A DNA stretch of 64,000 nucleotides. Source: Chiloscyllium plagiosum (lineage: Eukaryota). Where the stretch lies: NCBI RefSeq assembly GCF_004010195.1, contig NC_057718.1, positions 22,972,297 through 23,036,296 of the forward strand. The letters are read 5' to 3'. Of this stretch, positions 36,351-48,404 are shown piece after piece. The stretch's first letter is position 1. Each line of letters opens with the position of its first letter. Under the pieces are notes generated by a model. It saw only the letters and a list, made by a program, of their open reading frames with translations. It was not told where the DNA came from and did no database searches. The position numbers and the translations under genes are program-made.

Positions 36351-37034
36351 AATTCATTCAGTGTTCATCTGGGCCTTCCACTGGTCACTGCTGGCTACAG
36401 GCATCTGGTTCGCTAACAAACTTCAGGCAGGACGCTTCCACCATAGGATCTGATTGGCCAGGAATGTTGCCGAGTTACCAGGCAAGTTCTTATATGGTAC
36501 TTGATCCAAAATGCCTTCTTGTTGGGGCAGGGCATCTCTCACACTTAAAGATGCCCGCCCCACACTTTACTCAAAGAATGGAAACTCCCAGCCTAGTTTC
36601 AGTGATGGTGACCAAGAAACTAGGTCTATTTTTGAATAGTAAAAACCATCAGGTTTACAAATGTCCTTTAGTCTTGTCTGGCAAGGGCTATTGGCTGGAG
36701 GTGGGAACATGAAATTGAGCCAACAAATAGATTAGCAATTAAAGTTTGGCTGAGCAGGCTAGCAGGGCCAATTGGCTGACTGCTTGTATTTGTCTATGAT
36801 CATACATTCCAGAATCCTCTCACTTTGAAGACTTTGCAGTTGGGGAGGATGGGTTTTGATTCTCAGCCACCTTTTCCTCCCGATGACGGGTCCCTCTATT
36901 GGGTATTGACCTGCCATGGTTTTCTTGATCATGATTCCTGTCTGCTGCTGGGTTGATGCCAGTCGCTGCGAGATGAGACCAATCAGTGGGGATTAACTGT
37001 CCATGTAAGGGTTTCATTTGGTGACAATATGACT

Positions 37035-38035
37035 GTGGATGTTCTCCCCACAGTCCCAATCAGGATGGATGGGTACAACTCCAACAACATTCAAGAAGCT
37101 TGACACGATTCAGGACAAAGCAGCCTACTTGATTGGCACTGTATCTACAAATAATTACTCCCTCTACCACCGGTGCACAGTAACAGCATTGTGTACTATC
37201 TACAAGTTCCATTGCAGGAATTCATCAAAGGTCCTTAGACAACACCTTCCAAACCCATAACTACTTCACAGTCATAGAATCATGGCCATCAAGTTATTGT
37301 TATTCAGCACAGAAACAGACACTTGGGTCCAACTTGTCCATGCCGACCAAGTTTCCCAAATTATCCTGGTCCCACCTGGCCCAAATCGCTCCAACCCTTT
37401 ACTATTTGTTCCCTTCCTATTCTAGAAGGACAAGGGCAGCAGACACATGTGAACACCACCATCTACAAGTTCCCCTCCATTAGATTAGATTAGATTACTT
37501 ACAGTGTGGAAACAGGCCCTTCGGCCCAACAAGTCCACACCGCCCCGCTGAAGCGCAACCCACCCGTACCCCTACATTTACCCCTTTTACCTAACACTAC
37601 GGGCAATTTAGCATGGCCAATTTACCTGACCTGCACATCTTTGGACTGTGGGAGGAAACCGGAGCACCCAGAGGAAACCCACGCAGACATGGGGAGAATG
37701 TGCAAACTCCACACAGTCAGCCGTCTGAGGCGGGAATTGAACCCGGGTCTCTAGCGCTGTGAGGCAGCAGTGCTAACCACTGTGCCACCGTGCCGCCCAT
37801 AATAAGTCGCTTATTATCTGACTTGGAAATGAATCATCGTTCCTTCACTGTTGTTGGGTCAAAATCCTGGAATTTACTCTCTAAAGGCATTGTGGGTCAA
37901 CCTCCAGCAGGTGGATTGCAGCGGTTTAAGAAGGCAGCTCACCGCCAGCTTCTCAAGGGCAGCTAGGGACGGGCAATAAATGTTGGCCCAGCCAGTGATG
38001 CCCACATCCCCACGAGTGGATAATGAAAAAAAATG
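37035..38035 (+). mobile_element. Second CR1/L2-group LINE family, 3' end, carrying a nested CR1 tail (about 37270-37420, -) and an HE1 SINE
   Basis: WMGTTPTTFKKLDTIQDKAAYLIG...SLYHRCTV; 3'UTR AAGGCAGCTCACCGCCAGCTTCTCAAGGGCAGCTAGGGACGGGCAATAAA and A-rich end. Confidence 0.75.
37479..37798 (-). mobile_element. Full-length young HE1 V-SINE
   Basis: Minus strand GGGCGGCACGGTGGCACAGTGG (A box), GGTTCAATTCC (B box), V domain, (AATCT)n tail; CpGs retained. Confidence 0.93.
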
Positions 38036-38224
38036 CCCCTCAAACCCAAACTCACTTTTGTGGACAGTGTCAGATTCTGCCCATGGCTAGTCACTATGAA
38101 ACTTCATATAAGCGTTACTATTTGTAACTATGTTCCTGCCAAAAGTAATTTGTTCATTTAATCTCTGAACGGATGCTGGCAAAACAATCCTTTTGCACTT
38201 TTCACACTCAATTTTAGACAAAAA

Positions 38225-38700
38225 AGGATCATAAGATGTAGGAGCAAAAGTTGACCATTCAGCCCATCGAGCCTGCTCCACCATTCAATGTGATCATGAC
38301 TGATCTGACAGTCCTCAACTCCACTTTCCGCCATTTACCCCATATTCTCTTATCAAGTAAATTTCTGGCTTGAATACATCTAATGACCCATCCTCAGCAG
38401 CCCTGTGTGGTATAGAATTCCACAGATTCACTACTGTATGAGAGAAGAATTTCCACCTCATGTCTGCTTAAGTGTGCACTCCTTATTCTGAGATTACGCG
38501 CTCTGGTCTGAGACTTTCCCACAAGGGTAAACAACCTCTCAACATCTACTTTGTCAAGTTCCCGAAGAATTCTGTATATTTCAAGATGGTCACATCTCAT
38601 TCTTCTAAATTCCATTGATTACAGGCCAACTGACTCAACCTCTCCTCACAAGACAGTCCCTCCCTGACCAGGATCAAACTTGCAAAACCTCTCTGGAGTC
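38225..38700 (-). mobile_element. CR1 3' fragment
   Basis: ORF 38394..38615 EFRRMRCDHLEIYRILR; tail CATAAGATGTAGGAGCAAAAG. Confidence 0.85.
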
Positions 38701-38897
38701 CAGCTTTATTTTGTGTTAATTGGATCACGCAAGTTCTATTGCATTTTCATTGGTGATTAAGTTCACTAAAGGAAACCATTTAAACAGAATAAAAAAGTTT
38801 TCAAAGCTGTTTTTAAACTTGCAGATGATTCAGCAGCATTTTGTTTTAAGTAATATCACAGCTGGCCAACAGGTTGTCAATATATTTACACACACAG

Positions 38898-39385
38898 TAG
38901 ATTGCATGGAAGCATTGGAAAAGGTGCAGAGGAGATTTACCAGGATGTTGCCTGATCTGGAGGGAAGCTCTTATGAGGAAAGGCTGAGAGACTTGGGTCT
39001 GTTCTCATTGGAAGGAAGAAGGCTAAGACAAGCTTTGATAGAGACATACAAGATAATCAGAAGATTAGATCGGGTAGACAGTGAAAGTCTTTTTCCTTGG
39101 ATGATGACGTCAGCTTGCGGGAGGGGCATAGCTACAAATTGAGGGGTGATAGATTTAAGACAGATGTCAGAGGCAGGTTCTTCACTCAGAGAGTGTAAGG
39201 CATGGAATGCCCTGCCTGTCAATGCATTAGGGAGATTTAAACAATCCTTGGATAAGCACATGGATGATGATGGGATAGTGAAGGGGGATGGGCTTACATT
39301 AATTCACAGGTTGGTGCAATATCGAGGGCTGAAAGGCCTGTTCTGCACTGTATTGTTCTATGTTAGAACATGTTCTATGTTCTAA
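38898..39385 (+). mobile_element. CR1 3' fragment
   Basis: EALEKVQRRFTRMLP...LGLFSLEGRRLR; (TGTTCTA)n tail. Confidence 0.9.
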
Positions 39386-39760
39386 ATCCCTGTGCAGAAT
39401 CTGAGCAGAAAAGTCCAGACTGATGCTCCAGTGCAGAAAGGAAGGAGTGCTGCACTGTTAGAGGTGCTGTTGTTGGTTGAAACACTTATTGAAGGTGCTA
39501 CCTCTCTTCTTAATTGAATTTAAAAGCTCCTATAGCACGATTTAGAAGATTAGCAGGTAAGTGTCCTGCTCAAGGTTTATCCCCTGATTAACATTACAAG
39601 AACAAATTAGCCAATCATTAACACACTTCTGTCTATTGGTTGACTGCTCTATCCCATACTACAACAGTGACATTAATTCAGAGTTTAACATTGGCTATAA
39701 CATGCTTCGGAATATTCCATGGTTGTGAAAGATGCCAAATGAATGCAAGTCTTTCCTTTT
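39385..39760 (+). mobile_element. Deu-domain SINE, old
   Basis: GGAGTGCTGCACTGTTAGAGGTGCTGT...TACAACAGTGAC...CATTGGCT...GTGAAAGATGC...AATGCAAGTCTTTCCTTTT. Confidence 0.75.
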
Positions 39761-39769
39761 ATTTAGGAA

Positions 39770-39905
39770 CAAAAAAGGTTCTGAGGAAAGCTCACTTGAC
39801 CTGAAATGTTAAATCTGATTTCTTTCTGCAGATACTGCCAGACTTGTTGAACTTTTCCAGCGATTTCTGTTTTTGTTTCTGATTTACAGCATCTGCAGTT
39901 GTAGC
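39770..39905 (+). mobile_element. PLE pLTR (family D), degenerate hammerhead
   Basis: GTTCTGAGGAAAGCTCACTTGACCTGAAATGTTAAAT...CAGATACTGCCAGAC. Confidence 0.7.
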
Positions 39906-40269
39906 CTTTCAGTTTTCCTTTTTATTCATTTGGCCTTTAAAATATTCCTTTGTTTATTATAAGTCATGCAGGAGGAGTTAATGTAGATTCTAAAGCAAAA
40001 TGTGATCTGCAAAATAGCTTTCGGCTCAGTGGTGGGACTCGTTCTGTTGACAGGTTTAGTACAAAAGATTGATTAGAGACTCACTTGGGAGAAATTTTAA
40101 TCTCAATATCTGTCACTTCAAAAGTGGTCTTTGATCATTTCATTTGTACATTTACACAGAGTGGAATTACTGTTTTATTTTTAACCTTGTGTGTGGAAAG
40201 CAAAGGGAACAAAGAACACCGTCCAACATTGATTTGTGTGAATGCTTGGTTTGAAAACTACAGCACAAT

Positions 40270-40580
40270 ATTACAATGTCCTTGTCCAGAATTAGGAGGT
40301 ACTGTTTTAAAATTAAGGACGGCCCTTTGAGGACAGATGAAACAGGATTTTTTTTCTCACTGAAGGATTGTGCAACTTTGAAACTCTCTGCCTCAGAAGG
40401 CAGTGAAGGTAGGATCATTGATTACATTAAAGGTGAAGATAGATGGATATTTAGGCAATGAAATTAAAGGGTATCAGCTACACAGGAAGTGGAATTCAGA
40501 ATACTTTAATCTTATTAAAAGGCAGAGAAGGTATGACGGCTGAATGGTTTACTTCTCCTAATTTCTTTGTTGATATGTTC
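40270..40580 (+). mobile_element. Old CR1 3' end
   Basis: SRIRRYCFKIKDGPLRTDETGFFFS; tail GGCTGAATGGTTTACTTCTCC. Confidence 0.7.
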
Positions 40581-40784
40581 ATATCTTTGTATGTAAGATA
40601 GTGTCAATGTGCAGTCTGTTTCTCATGTCCCCCTCACCTTTGATCACTCCAGCACACAAGTGCCACCAACGATGCTCATTAAATGCACTTATAGGATTGA
40701 ACATTATTGTCTTACTTTCAGGGCCTCCTTCTGTCCCTGTCAATGTCACTGCTAACAGGGAGGACACAGGTGAGAATGAAAACA

Positions 40785-40919
40785 CAGTTTCCTCATTTCC
40801 CCTCCCCCCACTTTGTCTCAGTAAAATCCCTCGAACTCAGCACCGCCTTACCTGCTGCGCTTTTCTAGCAACACATTTTCAGCTCTGATCTCCAGCATCT
40901 GCAGACCTCACTTTCTCCT
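40785..40919 (+). mobile_element. Internally deleted PLE family A 3' end
   Basis: 14 bp TSD TGAGAATGAAAACA (40771-40784, 40920-40933); ends with the pLTR ...GCATCTGCAGACCTCACTTTCTCC. Confidence 0.8.
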
Positions 40920-41379
40920 TGAGAATGAAAACAGCCAAGATGTGAATGAGGAGGCCTTTCTGGTTTTAACATTGTGTCCATATTAACTTTAACTTTGTTA
41001 CATATGTGAAGTTTCATCAAATTGATTAAGTTTCGGACTGTCACTTCTGATCTAGGGTAAAAAAGAATGTCTGCAAAAGGGGAATGAGGTGACATTGAAT
41101 TGGACTTGGCCTGGTAACAGGGCAGGCAATGGTTGCCACGGGGCAAAGAACCTGGATCAAATGTGGTTTTGCCTTCGAGGATGTGGCTTACAAACACTAA
41201 GATAGTCTGATTGAAAATGCCTGGACAAATGGAGAGAAAGAGTTCAGAGAGTGAGGCAGGACAGCAACTAACAGGATCTTTTGGCTAAGTGCGAGTTGGG
41301 TTGAGTTTGGTGGAGTGATTCTTGTCATGAGGCTGAGTGAGTTTTCTCGCTGTACTCTACCAAACCTGCTACTTTAAGT

Positions 41380-41790
41380 GCTGTTTGAGGCCTGATGGTG
41401 AGAATCACATTCGATTCCCACCCCATCTCAGCGTATGCCATTCTTGGAGCAACTCCCTATTTGCTGGAGATCCCAAAATTGACCAGCGTTCCTGGCACCA
41501 GCACTATCTTGAAAAGGCTATTGTATACCTGGACAGGCGCTACCAGTCTGGAGCCACCCTGCATAGTTCAGGACATTCACCCTGGGCATGGCAGATGGAG
41601 TAAATTGGCACTCCGCTTTGCGGGCATGGTCCTGAAGAACCTGCTGATGTGGCAGAGCAGAGACAGGACTTCCTCCTGCCACCACCAACAGTTGACCATA
41701 CCAGGCCGGCCGGAGGTTGCATCCTGTGTTGGAGCAAGCAGTCTCAGTCACCTGGAGGAATGCACAGCAATGTAGGATAAGGATCAATAT
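41380..41790 (+). mobile_element. RTE/RTEX-like LINE 3' fragment, very old
   Basis: LRFAG...KNLLMW and LEECTAM*DKDQ resemble the RTE LRFAGH...M.DR..W C-terminus. Confidence 0.45.
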
Positions 41791-42059
41791 TCTTTTCCAC
41801 TCTGCCAGCACAAGTGACACCATCCTCTCTCCAATACTTCACACTCATGCTATCTCTACTACTGTACAAGTCTCCCGTGAAGACTCATGCTCTATCACAC
41901 TCACGACTGCATGCACCAGCTGTTCTCCATCACCATCATCCATCCCAAACTATGACGGACCCTCCAAGCCCTCCGCTCTGTCTAATCACTCAGCTGGGAA
42001 ACCTCCCCACCTGCAACTACAATTATAGCAATGCCAGCCACATGCATCTTATTTTACTC

Positions 42060-42240
42060 AATCATCAGACATGGGTGTCGCTGGCTGGGCCAGCATTTAT
42101 TGTACATCCCAGGCTACCCTTGAGAAGATGATGGTGAGCTGCCTCCTTAAACTGTGGCCGACCCACAATGCCATTAGGAATTCCAGAACTTTGGCCCAGC
42201 AAAACTGAAGGAACGGTGATGTATTTCCAAGTTAGGATGG
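42060..42240 (-). mobile_element. 3' end of the second CR1/L2-group LINE family
   Basis: Reverse complement of the 3'UTR seen at 37810-38030. Confidence 0.75.
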
Positions 42241-42989
42241 CTCTCTCTCTCTCTTCGCATATCTTTGCCCCACTGAGTAGGATGTTCATATGATTGTCAC
42301 CAGTTTTCAGCCAATTTCTTAAATTCACCAGCAGCACTAAAGCCTGTTTTAATGACTCTCCTTCCCCAAAACATACCCGAACAAATCTGCCTGCAGGATG
42401 CATTTCTTCAACTACAGCCTGTCTGTTTCCTGCCTCCAGCTGTGGTAACTCTCAAAGCCACGCAGCTTTATCCCTCTGCTCACTGTCTATCTCTGATTTA
42501 TAAGGAAGCCTGTAATCTGATTAAAAATGACTTCCTCTGCCCTCTTCCCTATCACAAAATGAAACACATTAATCTTGATTCCAGGTAAATATATTAATTA
42601 ATGATTTGTGATTCAATTTCCTTTCATCTTAGATATACACAGACAATTTACAGCATACTGTTTCTTACCCAGTTCCAACAGTACCTTTCTGGGAGAACAT
42701 TAGTCTTTTTCTTGCAAACTCAGAGACGGCTGCCAATGAGTGCCTCACACTTTGTTCTTAAAGAAACAATCTAAGTATTCACTTAATCTTGAACAATTGA
42801 GCTACCCAGGCTTACTGTTCGGCAGACCTCAAAACAGGTCACAGGACCGTCTTCAGTTATCCTAAAGTTAAAGCCACCATCTCAAAATATAATAGTTTTG
42901 TAAGGATCATAATTGTAATACCTCCCCCCAAAGAATGAAAAGTCACCACCATAGCACTGAATTTTCATTAACGTTATCCAAGAGCAAAG

Positions 42990-43570
42990 CCATAAAACCA
43001 TAAGATACAGGAGCAGAATTGGACCATTCGGCCCATCAAGTCTGCCTCACCTTTCAAGCTGACATTTTTCTCAGCCTCATTCTCCTGCCTTCTCCCTGTA
43101 ACCCTTACGAAACAAGAATCTAAATATCTCAATGACTTGGCCTCCACTGCCTTGAGGTGATGACACCCACAGATTTACCATCCTCTGGCTGAAGAAGTTC
43201 CTCCTCACCCCTTAGTTCTAAAGGGTCATCCCTTCACTCTGTGCCCTCAGATCCTAGTCTCTCCCACTAATGAAAACATCTTCTCCACTTACCTCATCCA
43301 GACCTCTCAGTATTCAATAAGTTTCAACCAGATCCCCCCTTCATCCATCGAGTACAGACTCAAAGTCCTCAACTGCTACTCATATGACAAACCCTTCATA
43401 TCCAGGATCATGCTCGTCAACCTCATTCATTGCTACCACATCATTCCCTCGATTCTGGGGCCAAAACCGCTCACAATATTCAAATGTGGTCTGACCAGAG
43501 CCTTATACAGTCTCAGCAATATCCCTGCTCTTGAAATGAATGCCAGCATTGCATTTGCTTTCCAACAACT
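42990..43570 (-). mobile_element. CR1 3' fragment nested in the Gypsy remnant
   Basis: CCATAAGATACAGGAGCAGAATTGGACCATTCGGCCCATC tail; reverse complement of LVRPHLNIVSGFGP. Confidence 0.8.
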
Positions 43571-44644
43571 TATAACATTGTGTACGCTTTAACAACTAAC
43601 ATAACTATATTCAGTAAAATGAATATCCCTTCTACCCCCATGCTGCCATATTGTTCACTATGCAGTCTATCTTTGTTAGCATTACAGTGTTCAACCTATA
43701 TCAACCAAATGCGAGCGATAGTTAAAAGTTAAAACCTTTTATTCTGATGATTTTTAATGTACTTCCTTTCAAATGATGGAAAAATCACTTGTTGTTAGTA
43801 TCTCTTCTCTTTTAATGATTAATCTTCATTTTATTTCTATGTCTTTGATTAAAGGGTGACACATTTAGTTCAGTTTGGGAAACATTGTCAAGAAAAGTAT
43901 TGTTGATTTGTGCTAGTCCCTCAGGATTTTGAATACTAGCAGATCAAGGAAATTCTTTTCCATGCTTTTTTCTTATCCTTACAATTGGCCTTTAGAATTA
44001 TTCTGTGAGTCACTTGGCCCAAGCTTTAGCATTTGTTCTGTAATTTATTTCCTGCCTGCAGGCTTTAACTTTCAAATCCACATAAAACTCTTCAGCTAGG
44101 CAACCATCCGAGTAGTCTACCTCCTACTTAAAAGCACATTATGGCTCTTTTACATTCTTTTAAGAATCTTGTTGAGGTTGTGTTCATACTCTTACAAGAA
44201 AATCTTGATATCCTTTTTTTAATGGCCTCTTTCATTTTTTTTTCTACATTTTTCTTCTCACTGAGTCTGAGCTTGGTTCAATTCTTTCTGACCAAGGTCC
44301 ATTTCTTCTTCATTTGGGAGTTTCATGTCCTACTGGAAGATTATAATGCAGCTATGTATTTCCTCTGCATCAGCATTAGTTACAAGTAAGTGCTTTTGCT
44401 TTAAAGCACTGTCTTTCTTTCATTGATCATCAGTCTTTAGCGCTGCTTCTGTATTCTGTTTTGGCATCCATGGCTTAGAGTCTGTAGGCAAGCTCAAAGT
44501 ATACAGATTCAGCTTGCTTGCATTTGACTTTAACTCTTTACTTCCAGGTGAGGATTTCAAATATTCTTTACTCTCAGAAATCTGGAATTCTGAATTTCCT
44601 CACTCATCTTTAATCAAAACTTAATGGCAGGGGGTGGGGGGGGA

Positions 44645-44835
44645 GGGTCCTCGATTTCAAACATCCAACTTACAAAAACTCATGTATGAACACAATACAG
44701 GGGTGTAATTTTAAAGAGCTGACATATGAACATTTCCCGTACTACAAACAGATTTTTACTGTTGTCCTGCATTGTGTTCCAACTTTCAATGGAAGTGACT
44801 TGGGAGTGAACTCCAGAAGTGGAACACGTTCCCAA
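44645..44835. mobile_element. Possible Tc1/mariner (Tigger-like) MITE
   Basis: GGTCCTCGATTTCAAACATCCAACTTACAAAAAC resembles CpG-decayed Tigger subterminal CCGACTTACGAAC repeats. Confidence 0.3.
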
Positions 44836-46054
44836 CTCTCCGTACTTCCCACAGCAGAATTGCACATACTTTCTGATTCTTTGAGCACCCTAATCATTTC
44901 AGTGGACTTGCCTCCCATCCCAGGAGATGGTCACACTTTATTCCCTGCAAGCTAATTCCCTCGTATGAAATCAACACGATGAATAGGCAATTTTAGGCAC
45001 AAAGTGCCCCATTGAGTACGGAATTGTTTAATTATATGATTTCAATGGGATAGGAAAACAATTTCCATCAATACCCCATATCAGTACATTTCTATTTCAT
45101 GAACTTTCTGAAGAAAACTCTTTCGCTAACATCACACTTTGAGCTGATGCTGTGGTCCAAATAATCTTTTCAGCTAAAAGTGGAGTAACTTCACCCTCAA
45201 ACATGAAACGATTAAAGCGTTCAGACTTAAATCTCATAACAAGTACAAGGTGTTGGAGTGTGGTGTCATTTTATCTGAGGGCCAGTAGTGCTCACTTTAA
45301 GGCTATGGTTAGCAATGTGTCCTGTGTCAGCAATGCTCCCAGGTGAAAATGTCATTAAGGAAAAGTTAACAGATCCTTTCCGTCGACTATGCAAGTCTTT
45401 TGATACTTCTTTGAGTGAGGATTGATGATACTATTAAAGCTCCTTGGTCTGACTTTTATTCCATTCAGCTGGTGGAAGTCATTTTTTTAATCCAAATTTT
45501 AATTTGCAACACTGTTGATATTATTTGTAACCACTCCCTCAGATGTGTGAGAGAGCTGTCCTATTCTAGCCAGTCATCAAACCTCCTGTTGATTCAATTT
45601 ATTGAGCACTACAGGGACTCCAATCTCCCCACAACCCGTCTCTGGCTTCAACTAATGGAATTTGAAATGTGACCATTAAATGGTTTTAGCCCTTGTCGAG
45701 TCCTGAGCTGGCTCCTTTCCAGGGGTCTTTCAGAATATTAGCTGTGACCTTTTGATCCAATCTTTCGAAGACACTTCACTTACTTGTCAAAACGTATATT
45801 TGAAATGACTGGCGTAATCCTTTTTGTGGCATTACATCTTTAAATGGGCCTAGTAACAGATAAGTGTCAATGAGTTGCTGAACTTGCTGTATCTTGTAGG
45901 AGCGATACCCAAGTGATTGTGTTTACCTCGCAATGGCTAAACTCAATGATTTCCTTCTCCCACTTTGATCGTATGGGGACGGGATGAACTAGATTTGGAA
46001 GCGCCAAATAGATATTAAGAAGGAGTTGGTGTTGGGTATCTTGAAAAACATTTA

Positions 46055-46545
46055 GGTAGATGTTGTTAAATTGAAAGGGATTTAGAAAAGATTTACAGGG
46101 TTGGAGGATTTGAGCTATAGGGAGAGACTGTATTGGCTGGGATTGTTTTCCCTGGAGTGTTGGAGGCTGAGGGGTGACCTTATTGAGGTTTATAAAGTTA
46201 TGAGGGACGTGGATGGGGTAAACAGACAAGGTCTTTTTCCTGAGGTAGGGGAGTCCAAAACTAGAGACCATAGGTTTAAGGTGAGAGGGAAGCAATTTAA
46301 AAGGGATCTAAGGGGCAATATTTTCACACAGAGGGTGGCGCGTGTCTGGAATGAGCTGCCAGAGGAAGTGGTGAAAGCTGGTACAATGATTACAGTTTAA
46401 AAAGCATCTGGATGCGTATATGATTAGGAAGGGATATAAGCCAAATACTGGCAAATGAGACTAGATTAAGTTAGGATATCTGGTCAGCATGGATGAGTTG
46501 GACTGAAGGGCCTGCTTCTGTGCTGTACATATCTATGACTCTATA
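46055..46545 (+). mobile_element. CR1 (HER1-like) 3' fragment
   Basis: ORF 46101..46400: EDLSYRERL...LRGDLIEVYK...FTQRVARVWNELP. Confidence 0.9.
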
Positions 46546-48020
46546 AGTCCTTAGGGCCTGATGGGATCTATCCCAGGATACTGAAGGAGGGAAGGGAGGA
46601 GATTGCTGGGACCTTGACCGAGATCTTTGTATTCTCTATCGGCACAGATGAGGTCCTAGAAGACTGGAGAATAGCCAATGTTGTTCCTTTGTTTCAGAAA
46701 GGCAATAGGGATAATCCTGGAAATAATAGGCTGGCGAATTTACATCAGCACGAGAGAAATTATTGGAGAAGTTTCAAAGGAACAGGATTTGCTTGCATTA
46801 GGGATAGTCAGCATGGCTTTATGTAGGGGTGGTGTCATCTCACCAGTTTGAGTTTTTTGAGGAATGAATGAAGATGATTGATGAGGGTGAGGCAGTGGAT
46901 GTTGTCCACATGGACTTTACTAAAGCACTTGACAAGGTCCCTTATAGTAGGCTGATCCAGAAGATTCACAATGGGTTGTTAAGTTGGATAGGTACTTGGC
47001 TTGGCCATAGAATACAGAGGGTAATTGTGGAGGGGTATTTTTCTGTCTGGAGTTCGGTGACTAGCAATGTTCCACAAAGATCAATGCCTGGGCCTCTGTT
47101 GTTTGATTTGGATGTACATGCAGATGGTCTGATTGGTAAATTTAGAAACGACCTGAAAATTGCTGGAATTGTGGATAGTGAGGAAGGTTGTCAAATGATA
47201 TAGCAGGATATAGATCAGTTGGAAAACTAGGCAGAGAAATAACAATGGAGTGAGATAAGGAGTTCAAATGCAAGAGGAAAGTATACAATCGATGACAGGA
47301 CCCTTGGTAGAATTAATATATGGAGGGATCTTGGATGTAAGTCCTTAGCTCCATGAAAGTGGCAACACAAGTGGATAAGATGAGAAAGAAGATGTCCAGC
47401 ATGCATACTTTTATTGGCCAGAGCATGTAGTCAGAGTATCAAAGTTTGTAAGCCATGTTGCAGCTGTGTAAGACATTAGTTAGGCCACATTTGGAGTATT
47501 GTGTGCAGTTCTGATCACCACACTGTAGGAAGGATGTGGAGGCTTTGAGGAGGGTGCAAAAAATGTTTATAAGGATGCTGTCTGGATTGGAGTGTATTAG
47601 CCATAAATAGAGTTTGGACAGTCATGGGTTGTTTTCACTAGAGCTTTGGAGGCTGAGGGGCAACTGGATAGACATATATAAAATCATAACAGGTGTGCAT
47701 AGGATGGATAGTCGAACTGTTTTTCCTAGGATCAAATATTTGTGGGGAACAGGTTTAGGGTGAGAGAGGAAAAGTTTATGGAGATGTGCAAGGAGTTCTT
47801 TTACAAAGTAGGTGCTTGGAACATACTGCCAAGGGAGGTGGTGGAAGCAGATAAGTTAGCAACACTTAAGAGGCATTTAGATAGGCACATGAACAGACAG
47901 AGAATAGAGGGGGTACGGACTATGTGCATGGAAATGGGGTTAGTTTAAAATGGTATCATGGTTGGCACAGACATGGTGGGCCGTAGGGCCTGTTCTTGTG
48001 CTATACTGTTCTATGTTCAA
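46546..48020 (+). mobile_element. CR1 RT and 3' end, degenerate
   Basis: GPDGIYPRIL, DWRIANVVPLFQKG, QHGF, MDFTKALDKVP, VPQRSMPGPLLF, RPHLEYCVQF; (TGTTCTA) tail. Confidence 0.9.
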
Positions 48021-48404
48021 TGATATGAATCTTGAGAGCAGTGTTTATAACTATGACAAATGAAATAAAAGATGGCAGTTTGTAATAATGTTTTTCCTGG
48101 ATTTCAGATTGCATTGTGCATTAATACAGCCTGTCTTTTAGGTATGGCAAACTGGTCAAATATCTGTCCATGAAAACAAAATCAGCTTGGTTTGTTTTTA
48201 GATGTAGAATTTACCAGAAGTTTGTATCAATTAACATTGGATTTCACTCAGACTTCATCAAAGTTGGCTGGCCTGGAAACTGGGGGCTAATTTGTGTGCA
48301 GTGTTTGAGAAGAATAAATGAAGCCTTAGTTAAGAATTCAAATTTTTACAGTGATACAATACAGAAGGAGACTTCTCTGCTTGCTGTACCTTTGCGAACT
48401 CTCT

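Larger units (their letters stand above)
42590..46030 (-). mobile_element. Decayed Gypsy (Gmr1-like) LTR retrotransposon: protease remnant, PPT and probable 3' LTR
   Basis: Minus strand FMFEGEVTP...IIWTTASAQSVML (degenerate ILRDTGASQS), VLIWGIDGNCFPIPL, KLPIHRVDFIRGN*LAGNKV at about 44920-45220; PPT TTTGGGGGGAGG at about 42921-42932; LTR left edge uncertain. Confidence 0.55.

Noticed and set aside
37730..37798. tRNA gene
   Set aside because: The A/B boxes belong to SINE heads followed by V-domain bodies; no complete cloverleaf
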